From positions 32,001 to 96,000 of IMG/VR virus record IMGVR_UViG_2974613666_000001: 64,000 nt of DNA. The stretch is one strand, 5' to 3'. Positions 56,569 through 64,000 of the stretch are shown here, in pieces. The translations under genes were made by a program, and so were the position numbers. This stretch comes from a virus. Taxonomy: Duplodnaviria > Caudoviricetes. Under the pieces are notes generated by a model. The model was not told where the DNA came from. It made no database searches and worked only from the letters and a program-made list of their open reading frames with translations. Position 1 is the stretch's first letter. Each line of letters opens with the position of its first letter.

Positions 56569-57100
56569 AAATAATGGCTATTATCAGCAGGAGCAGCAAG
56601 AACCAGACTACTTATATGAGCAGTATGACTCACAGCAAGTGCAGCGACGTATTGAGGATAGTGATGCGTGGGTTGATACTGGTATTGGTGTCGGACAAGG
56701 GGTGGTATTAGCAGGTATTCAGATGGTAACAGTCGAAACCTTGTATATGTTTGGTGCTGTGGGATTTTTCCCGATGGTAGTTGCAGCAATACCTGTAACC
56801 CTAGCCTTTGGCACTGTGCTGAACACCATCACCATAGATAACGGTTTCTCAGTAAGTGATTTGGGTAAATTTGGTGGAGGTTTGTCGAGGTGTGCTTTGC
56901 TGTCGCTGAGTTCTTGGAAACTTTACAGTGATAACAAGAGATCACACGAGATAGCCAAAGAAGGTATCTCCACTATTCAGTACCAACTGGATAAATATGA
57001 AGGTAGGCAGCAGCCGGCTAACTATGATAATTTGGGGTTGATTGCGATCGTCCTTGGGCTGTTTCTTGTGGGAGTGGTTATGGGTGGTAGAAGGAAATGA
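56558..57100 (+). CDS. Multi-pass membrane protein
   Basis: Three to four hydrophobic segments; AGGAGG RBS. Confidence 0.65.
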   Translation: MLARNNGYYQQEQQEPDYLYEQYDSQQVQRRIEDSDAWVDTGIGVGQGVVLAGIQMVTVETLYMFGAVGFFPMVVAAIPVTLAFGTVLNTITIDNGFSVSDLGKFGGGLSRCALLSLSSWKLYSDNKRSHEIAKEGISTIQYQLDKYEGRQQPANYDNLGLIAIVLGLFLVGVVMGGRRK

Positions 57101-57331
57101 GTTATTGAGTTAAAAAATATAGGTGCAAAATAAAACCCCTAACTATTACAGCTAGGGGTTTTTGGTTATCTAATAAACAATTGTCTCTACTGCCACTAAA
57201 ACCCCGACATTAAGAATGTTATGGGATACGAGAAAGTTAAAACTCTGTTCACGGAGAACAACGGTACTAGATGCCATTCCTTAGTGGAAGATGCCTTTTC
57301 AAGAGCAGTATTGCAAAGATTAGGCTAAGTA

Positions 57332-57616
57332 ATGACCAGACCTAAAATACATTATATAGGCGATCCATGCTGTAACAGTAAAGGACGATCACCTTTATTA
57401 GCAGACAGTATTTATGATGTGACCTGCCAAGGATGTATTGCTGCTTTTCACGGTAAAAAATTGGGTGGTCGTCCTCCTAAGAATGAAACCAAAGGTGTGA
57501 CTGTAGCTGTGAATTTATCACCCAAGGCTTACGACAAACTACAAAGTATTCCAAGCGGTGATCGTTCTGGTTGGGTGAGTGAGTTGATTGAGAAAAGTAA
57601 TGAAAAGGTAAGATAA
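57332..57616 (+). CDS. RHH/CopG-like regulator with a Cys-rich N-terminus
   Basis: GGRPPK..VTVAVNLSPKAYDKL..RSGWVSELIE. Confidence 0.6.
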   Translation: MTRPKIHYIGDPCCNSKGRSPLLADSIYDVTCQGCIAAFHGKKLGGRPPKNETKGVTVAVNLSPKAYDKLQSIPSGDRSGWVSELIEKSNEKVR

Positions 57617-57724
57617 TGCTACTGAAAATCACGATACCAAGTAATGAAAATAGTATAAGCCAGGAAATTGTGGCAGAAATTGCAACTTACTCTAAAACTG
57701 GACTCCATAAACAATCTTGGTATC

Positions 57725-58071
57725 TCAAAGAACCTTATGGGTTGTATCATTCACTACTGCTAGCTGCTGTTCCAGTAACTTATTATTGTTTTCTGCTAAC
57801 TTCCTAATTACTTGCTTTTGACCCAGTAACTTAGTGTATTCATATTGTCTTTTGGATGATTCCCTACTCCTCACCTTTGCTTCTTTTATGGTTTCGTTAG
57901 GCATATTTGCGCCTGGGGTTAAATAAACTTCGCTAAAGACTTTCTCAGGTTGATCAGGATAATACTTGTTAAACCTTCTGTAAAAAGCCGCTCTAGAAAT
58001 GCCTAGATGCTCAATCCATCGTGATTTGGTCAGTGTTAAACCATTGTAGGTTAAGAATACTTTTTTTGGCA
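57725..58071 (-). CDS. HTH DNA-binding protein of the type found C-terminal in HNH endonucleases
   Basis: LTYNGLTLTKSRWIEHLGISRAAFYRRF; the start is placed at MPKKV. Confidence 0.5.
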
Positions 58072-58076
58072 TATTG

Positions 58077-58427
58077 CTAAATCTCGATAACCCAGTAATC
58101 AGATAATTCAGCTTTAACTCTGTTGGCAACATTAAGCCAGTTAACAGATTTCCAAGCTGATTCACACGCTATAGATATCAAAGTATGCGGCAACCAATCA
58201 ACGTTGTCTGCGCCGCAAACAGAATCAACCATTTTATCTCTATTACTAAAGTCAAAGTGAGGGTAGTTATCTTGCGAACTTTTCTTACACTTTTCAGGTG
58301 TTATAGCATCTACATTTCCCTTATAGTCATAGAAAACACCTTCAACTAGATCACCAAATATTTCCTCTTCAAAAGCTGTTAACTCATTACTGCTCATCTG
58401 TCTTACTTCCTTATAGTTCACAAACAT
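58077..58427 (-). CDS. Hypothetical protein, apparently paralogous to 58462-58752
   Basis: LTAFEEEIFGDLVE..ITPEKCK..WKSVNW versus MNAFEKELLQDLFE..LTADNCK..WRQANW. Confidence 0.55.
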   Translation of the reverse strand: MFVNYKEVRQMSSNELTAFEEEIFGDLVEGVFYDYKGNVDAITPEKCKKSSQDNYPHFDFSNRDKMVDSVCGADNVDWLPHTLISIACESAWKSVNWLNVANRVKAELSDYWVIEI

Positions 58428-58461
58428 CTTACTGATTTAACCCCGTAGCACCTATTACGAT

Positions 58462-58752
58462 TTATTCAGGGTCATCAACTTCACCAGACCTGTACCTTAT
58501 AAATTCCGCAATAATAGCTTCCCAGTTTGCTTGTCGCCAGAGTACACCCATAGCGGCTAATGCTAAAGGGCTACAAGCCCTATAGTGCGGATCCCGTTCT
58601 GGTTTTCCTTCTAAGTAATCTACAGTTTTAGCAATCTGACTATTGCTGCTACCTAGTATTGCTTTACAGTTATCTGCTGTTAGAGGCAGATCATTGGGAA
58701 TATAAGCCTCAAATAAATCCTGTAGTAATTCCTTTTCAAATGCGTTCATCAC
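58462..58752 (-). CDS. Hypothetical protein
   Basis: 96-aa ORF with a GAGGT RBS. Confidence 0.55.
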   Translation of the reverse strand: MMNAFEKELLQDLFEAYIPNDLPLTADNCKAILGSSNSQIAKTVDYLEGKPERDPHYRACSPLALAAMGVLWRQANWEAIIAEFIRYRSGEVDDPE

Positions 58753-58771
58753 TTTACCTCTGCGTTACTAC

Positions 58772-60973
58772 TTGTTTTATCATAGCACCCCTACTATAAT
58801 ATATTGCATAAAGGTAAAACAAAAGGTAAAACAGATGTCACGCTTAGATTTAGATAAGTACAGCTACACCACGCCGAAAATAGCCATGCTCTCGTGGTCA
58901 CTACTAGCAGCAGCACTCGGAAGCGCGATCGCTTCTCACTACGGTAGTTACCCACATTCCTTAGATATGTGTTTCTATCCGGTAGCCGCACAGAAAAGAG
59001 ATGCAAAAATAGAGCAATTAAGGATAGACAACTTAATTACAGAAATTTCAGACAAATCACCACAGCCGTCGCTAGGTACAAAACACTGTAATCCCGGACG
59101 TGGTGATATCGGGACTATACCAGCGTCTTATATAAAGAAAGCCCACAATGGTAGCTTGAATGATCGTGCATCAGAACTAGCGCCAATTACTCAAGGTTTA
59201 CGGGGTGGTTGGTTAAAACAGGTTTCAGAAGTGCCAGCCGAAAACCCATTTAAAATTCCTTTTGGTGCTGGTGCTATCGTTCTTGGTACAGGTGCGATAT
59301 TTGCACTTAAGAAACAGCAGGATCAAGCTGGACAATTACGCCCGATGTACAGGGCTACTCAAAGGGGTGCAAGTCTACAGGCAGGTTATGCTTTAGCTCT
59401 GCATGAAGGAGATTTAAAGTTGTCGGCTGAGTTGATGCTTAATAAACTGCGTGGTTTACGTGAGAGTGATGCTCGTATTATGTTCGCTCGGTCTGTAACT
59501 GATGAACAAGCCCACTTCATGCTGCAAGCTATGGACGAGGACGATTATCACTCGTTCGGTTACTTATTAGATAACGGGGCTAGTTTTAATAAGTTTCTAG
59601 CTCCTGCAACTACCCAAGAAGTTCAACTAGAAGCACAACCGGATTTTGTAGCCGAGCCTGTAGCTAACCAACCACCAGACGGTGAACCTGTCGATAAAGT
59701 AGAGTACACAAAAACTGCTGATATGCCAAGGGCTGATAAATATGAACCTTATCGCCAAATAGGTTTACAGATCCTCCAGCAAGCAGGTACACCCGGAAAA
59801 TGTAAGGCTATTGTTGCACCATCGCGTACAGGAAAAACCACAGTTCTTTACTTCATGCTTGAGGAATCCTACAGAGTTCTAGGTGACAACCTAACTTGTT
59901 ATGTGTGGCAAGGAAAGGGCATTGAGCCTATACACCCAAACATCCCACGTAAAAATCATAGTGGGTTCACACTCAAGGAGTTTAACCTTGATGCACTTGA
60001 TGCTGTCTGGGAGGAATACGAGTTACGTCAAGAATTACTAGAACAAGGACATCGTAACTTTGCTCCTACATTACTAATCATTACGGACTGGCAATCAATC
60101 AAGGATCAAATCTCCAGCTTCTCACCAAAAGAATTTAAGGAGATTCAGGCGAAACTGATGACCTTAATCAATAATGGTGCAGCTTTGGGTACAACAATTT
60201 GGTTAGATAGTCAGTCCCCTTCAATTGATGAGTGGGGTTTAGGGTCAAGCTCAATTCGTGACAACTTCGATATCTTTGCCATTGCCAGGATAGGTAAAGA
60301 TAAAAGCGGAGTACCAATGGGTGACACTAAATGTATTACCAAAATGGTAAACAATCCTTATTTAGTACCTGGTGAAAAAGATAGGGTACGATCGCTTGAG
60401 CAGTTCGGTGTACTGGTTGATGGTATGGAATCGGGACAAATCAAAACCTCTGTTATTCTCTCTACTGCTGGTATCGTGCGGTTGGGGATTACACCTGAGT
60501 TTGAGCGTAAGGTTTTACAGTTTCAAACTAAGCAGCCCGCAAGCGACTCCCAACCCACAGACACACCAAAAGAGGTAGAACGTAAGCCTAAAGAGCCTTT
60601 AGAGTTTCCGAAACCTAACCCTAGTCCAGAACCACTACCCAAACCAGAAGATAAGGTGAGGTCTTTATTAGCTGAGGGGAAAAATTACCGTCAGATTTGC
60701 GAAATTCTAGGAGGTAAACACCCTATAAAGCACACAGCAGCAATACTAGGTTCTATGTGTCGTATCGATAAAATTGATATTTTATCAGTTAATGCCAAGA
60801 GTCTGCTAGATGTTCTACGTGGTGAAGGCTGGATAGAAATTGACAGCAGTAGATTTACAGAGCTAGTGTCCCCTCTGGGGTTTAGTGGTTATGATCTAGC
60901 CACTTACTTAGAGGAATTGGAACTGCTTACTTTTACTCAGGTTAAGGACGGTTGTGTAAGAGCCTTGTATTAA
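58772..60973 (+). CDS. Membrane-anchored FtsK/HerA-like P-loop ATPase (likely start at 58835)
   Basis: Two N-terminal TM segments, Walker A APSRTGKT, Walker B-like LLIITD, and a DSQ sensor followed by IRDN. Confidence 0.65.
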   Translation: MFYHSTPTIIYCIKVKQKVKQMSRLDLDKYSYTTPKIAMLSWSLLAAALGSAIASHYGSYPHSLDMCFYPVAAQKRDAKIEQLRIDNLITEISDKSPQPSLGTKHCNPGRGDIGTIPASYIKKAHNGSLNDRASELAPITQGLRGGWLKQVSEVPAENPFKIPFGAGAIVLGTGAIFALKKQQDQAGQLRPMYRATQRGASLQAGYALALHEGDLKLSAELMLNKLRGLRESDARIMFARSVTDEQAHFMLQAMDEDDYHSFGYLLDNGASFNKFLAPATTQEVQLEAQPDFVAEPVANQPPDGEPVDKVEYTKTADMPRADKYEPYRQIGLQILQQAGTPGKCKAIVAPSRTGKTTVLYFMLEESYRVLGDNLTCYVWQGKGIEPIHPNIPRKNHSGFTLKEFNLDALDAVWEEYELRQELLEQGHRNFAPTLLIITDWQSIKDQISSFSPKEFKEIQAKLMTLINNGAALGTTIWLDSQSPSIDEWGLGSSSIRDNFDIFAIARIGKDKSGVPMGDTKCITKMVNNPYLVPGEKDRVRSLEQFGVLVDGMESGQIKTSVILSTAGIVRLGITPEFERKVLQFQTKQPASDSQPTDTPKEVERKPKEPLEFPKPNPSPEPLPKPEDKVRSLLAEGKNYRQICEILGGKHPIKHTAAILGSMCRIDKIDILSVNAKSLLDVLRGEGWIEIDSSRFTELVSPLGFSGYDLATYLEELELLTFTQVKDGCVRALY

Positions 60974-60989
60974 TCCGACGATTGGGTAT

Positions 60990-61033
60990 AAAAACAAACC
61001 TCCTTAGACCCGTATCTAAGGAGGTTTGTTTTG
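60990..61033. terminator. Bidirectional terminator
   Basis: AAAACAAACCTCCTTAGA/TCTAAGGAGGTTTGTTTT. Confidence 0.75.
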
Positions 61034-61049
61034 CACTAATAAAGTATAA

Positions 61050-62456
61050 TTAAGCGCTTTTAGCCTCACCTGATTCCAAGCTACCCAACAACATGGGAAA
61101 GCATAAAGAACCGATTGCCACCAAGTCGCAGGGTTCAAACTTAGCACCGGGGTGTTTTGCATAAAGTAATAGTCTCCAAGGTTCTACTACAGATACAACG
61201 TACATTCCAAACACTTGGTTAAAATCACTTTGGGATATGGTAGCTGAAAAGTAGCCATCATCCGCCTGCTTAACTTTTTGCTTGTAACCGGATCTACTTT
61301 TTATCTTTCTAATATTCCCGGATAATGCTTTATTATCCCTGTCGTCTGTAAGTAGTTGTCTCAGTAATTCATCTAAAGCCCATAGATAAGTAGCCTGCAC
61401 CTTCTCAAAGTCCACTTCTAAAGCGAACACATCAAAATTAGCACCCTCAGCTATTTCAGAAGGTGTTACTTTTATACAGGTAGTTTCAAGAAATTTAGAA
61501 TAACCGGACACTATTGCGTCAACATCTATAGGTCGTTTAGCATCGGGATCTTCTGCCAGTTCTACACCTAAAGCAACCATAACAGTTCTGAGACTTATTG
61601 CAGCATCATTACCTCTGAGGAAATTACCACTCTGGAGTCTATTAGGCTCAAGTATGGGGAACTTACTAGCTAATGCTTTTGTCAGCAGTTCAGGATTTAG
61701 CTCATCTTCATTGTCTAGCAACTCCAACCCGTAGCATACCATATTATGAAACTTATTAGCCCGTTTGACCCACTTGGCTATCATCTGCTTTGATATCTTT
61801 AATTTACTGGACATGGTGACGTTACTTTCACCACTCAACTTACCCGTAAGGATTTGCTTAAACATTTTCGGATATCGATCCAATAACTCAGGTGTTAGTT
61901 TATCAGCATTAGATAACTGGGCTTGTGACTGGGGTAGTTTACCAGCGTCATACAGTTCACCATATTTATAGTTTAAATAGTCAAGGATGATATCAAACCC
62001 TTGATTACCTGTATTTTCTAAGATTTCAGGTGTCACTTTGTTGGAAAAACCACCATGAGCATGGTAGTGGAGAATTAAACCAACCAGCATCAAAAAGTAG
62101 TTAGGTTGTGTCGTGCCTTTTGTTGATTTCCCTGGGATTGAATAAAAATCGGATTTACTGATTCCTAATAAATCACATAAAGTATCAATGCGAATACCTT
62201 TAGTTTGGCTAGGGAACGGTACGCCTAAATAACCAAGTAAATGATCACAGAAGTGAGAGCATTCCCATTTCTGGATTAATTTACCTTCTTGCAGTTTGTC
62301 ATCAAGATGAAAAAGGTCATACCTTACTTCTTTTGAATATCGAAAGGTTTCTTGAAGAATTATGATCTTATCTTCTGGTGGGTGTTCAGCCATCCATTCT
62401 CGAAGCTTGCTGATAGTGTACTGGACTTCTAGCGGTTGTATAATTGTAGCGGTCAT
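61050..62456 (-). CDS. Hypothetical protein
   Basis: 468-aa ORF. Confidence 0.65.
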   Translation of the reverse strand: MTATIIQPLEVQYTISKLREWMAEHPPEDKIIILQETFRYSKEVRYDLFHLDDKLQEGKLIQKWECSHFCDHLLGYLGVPFPSQTKGIRIDTLCDLLGISKSDFYSIPGKSTKGTTQPNYFLMLVGLILHYHAHGGFSNKVTPEILENTGNQGFDIILDYLNYKYGELYDAGKLPQSQAQLSNADKLTPELLDRYPKMFKQILTGKLSGESNVTMSSKLKISKQMIAKWVKRANKFHNMVCYGLELLDNEDELNPELLTKALASKFPILEPNRLQSGNFLRGNDAAISLRTVMVALGVELAEDPDAKRPIDVDAIVSGYSKFLETTCIKVTPSEIAEGANFDVFALEVDFEKVQATYLWALDELLRQLLTDDRDNKALSGNIRKIKSRSGYKQKVKQADDGYFSATISQSDFNQVFGMYVVSVVEPWRLLLYAKHPGAKFEPCDLVAIGSLCFPMLLGSLESGEAKSA

Positions 62457-62502
62457 TGTTTTTTTTCTCTTGTTGTAGTGATTACTTATTTTAGCGGTAG
62501 TG

Positions 62503-63033
62503 TTATGTTTTGATCAAGTATGGCTTCTGCAATATTGGCAGGTATGCTTGGTAAACATAATGAGCAAGTAGAAAGCTTTCTGCCAAATTACTAGACTCGG
62601 CGATCGCTCCTCCTCTTTTTTTGCTTAATCCGTGGGGAGGGTAAACTAGCCCCATATTTTTAGCGAGAGCAATTGACAGGTTCTTGTTGGAAGTTAACCC
62701 CCATTTAGCTTTCCAGTCTTGCGGTTTAGCTGTAGCCAGATCGACGTGAGGCTCATTATCAATTTGAGCAATTAAATTTACAGCAGATCCAAAAGTCATC
62801 GCTCCTTTAGTCCCCTGGTTAAAGCTATAAATAGCCTCAGCCATAAATTTAATCTGCGGGTAGGTTCTAAGCCAATCAATAGTAGCCACAATGTTTACTG
62901 CTATCGCATTCTTGTACTTAACTGGAATTAGTGGCAATAGTTTTAGCTCCACTGTCCTACCTTGTTCATCCAAAATAACAATCCAACCGTCATTCACCTG
63001 GCTATCCATACCAGCAAAGTATATTTCGCTCAT
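62503..63033 (-). CDS. RuvC-like Holliday junction resolvase
   Basis: FAGMDS, FMAE, AMTFG, PQDWK and AESFLLA motifs. Confidence 0.75.
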   Translation of the reverse strand: MSEIYFAGMDSQVNDGWIVILDEQGRTVELKLLPLIPVKYKNAIAVNIVATIDWLRTYPQIKFMAEAIYSFNQGTKGAMTFGSAVNLIAQIDNEPHVDLATAKPQDWKAKWGLTSNKNLSIALAKNMGLVYPPHGLSKKRGGAIAESSNLAESFLLAHYVYQAYLPILQKPYLIKT

Positions 63034-63153
63034 TTATCTCGCCTGTTTCAACTATCTCAATACCATATCATAGCATTGTTGCTAGAATATACTAAATAAA
63101 AAAGACCGCAGCTAACAACTGCGGTCATTCCTTGCTGTTATTTAGAGGCAAAT

Positions 63154-63999
63154 TTAGAAAGGTACGTCGTTGGGGTCAGGTTCAGCAGTTCCAACACCAA
63201 CACCTACAGGTACTTTTTCCTCAGCTACAGGTACAGCGTCAACAGGTAAAGTTTGTTGTGCTGTCACTGGTGTAGCTTGCACATTCAAAGTAGCCGCAAG
63301 GGGTGAAGCTGATTTACTTGGGTTAATAGCTGGTGCTTGCATTGCGGCTGGTTGTGCAGATTTTAATTGCGCTGCTAGGGCAATTTGAGGCAGCCTTACA
63401 TTCAAGTAAGCTTTACCAGCCTCCAGGTTGGCGAATACACGACCAATGGGGCGAACACCACCATTGGACATTACATCATCTGACTCATGAGTGAGAATAA
63501 TGCTTCCGGGTTTACCCTTAGCCGCTAATGCAAGAATACTGGAATCTTGATCACCATTGTTTGTAATGGCTTTGCCAAAAAAGGAACCCTTGGAAGCATT
63601 GACAATGTAAGATTCCTTGGTTTCCACATTGACAGCCTTAAACCGCCAGTTTTGGATTTTAATTTGCTGTCCAGCGCGATCACCTTTCTTAGCCGTGATA
63701 GTTCTATCTTCCCATTCAATTTGACTAACCTCATACCCACCGTAAGGTAACTCCTTTAACTGAGTAAAGTTAGCACCCTCACCTATAGCACCTACAGCAG
63801 GTGAGCTAATCAGGCGAGAGTAAAGCTCGCTCATATCTGCTGAGGTTGCAAAAATCTTGACAATTTCCTCAGAAGCTTTTTCTACATCACGGTTAGTAGC
63901 AATCGAGAAGGATAGTTTATTGCCATCTTTCTTAACTTGTCCTGCTACGTTGAAATCAAACGAGAAGCAAGCATACTCTCGTTTGTCTTCTCCAACCTT
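63154..63999 (-). CDS. Putative ssDNA-binding protein (5' end lies beyond the window)
   Basis: The frame is open to the window end. Ala/Pro-rich linker and acidic DPNDVPF tail. Confidence 0.55.
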   Translation of the reverse strand, partial: KVGEDKREYACFSFDFNVAGQVKKDGNKLSFSIATNRDVEKASEEIVKIFATSADMSELYSRLISSPAVGAIGEGANFTQLKELPYGGYEVSQIEWEDRTITAKKGDRAGQQIKIQNWRFKAVNVETKESYIVNASKGSFFGKAITNNGDQDSSILALAAKGKPGSIILTHESDDVMSNGGVRPIGRVFANLEAGKAYLNVRLPQIALAAQLKSAQPAAMQAPAINPSKSASPLAATLNVQATPVTAQQTLPVDAVPVAEEKVPVGVGVGTAEPDPNDVPF

Positions 64000-64000
64000 A

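Overview
This is a 64-kb, AT-rich segment of a large, probably temperate phage or phage-plasmid of a cyanobacterium. The host assignment rests on many HIP1 (GCGATCGC) sites, cyanobacterial-type TnpB/IS elements, CRISPR-like repeats resembling cyanobacterial repeats, and a Pex-like regulator. Tail and structural genes lie at 1-8.3 kb. Replication and recombination genes include a divergent family-A DNA polymerase, DnaX, a RuvC-like resolvase and a probable SSB. Other genes encode a GH24 lysozyme fused to an L,D-transpeptidase-like domain, a 2OG-Fe(II) oxygenase, a DHH phosphoesterase, a giant low-complexity (probably virion) protein, antirepressors, many small RHH/XRE regulators, a tRNA(CAT), and a cluster of membrane proteins with an FtsK/HerA-like ATPase. 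Mobile elements are three intact tnpB elements (two IS605/IS1341-type, one IS607), a tnpB fragment and a non-autonomous IS605 derivative. The most interesting signal is two ORF-free, promoter-driven minus-strand regions (~860 nt at 8895-9753 and ~370 nt at 41830-42197). They share conserved sequence blocks and the same 3' pseudoknot built from different sequences, so they look like two paralogues of a large structured ncRNA that I cannot assign to a known family. The larger one sits next to a two-repeat CRISPR-like mini-array and an intact tnpB. Also notable are the phage homologue of the circadian regulator Pex and the unusual active-site substitutions in the polymerase. The apparent tandem duplication at 27784-33113 is bounded by two exactly 99-nt repeats and is most likely an assembly bubble of two alleles. 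All family assignments come from motif recognition by eye; no searches were run.
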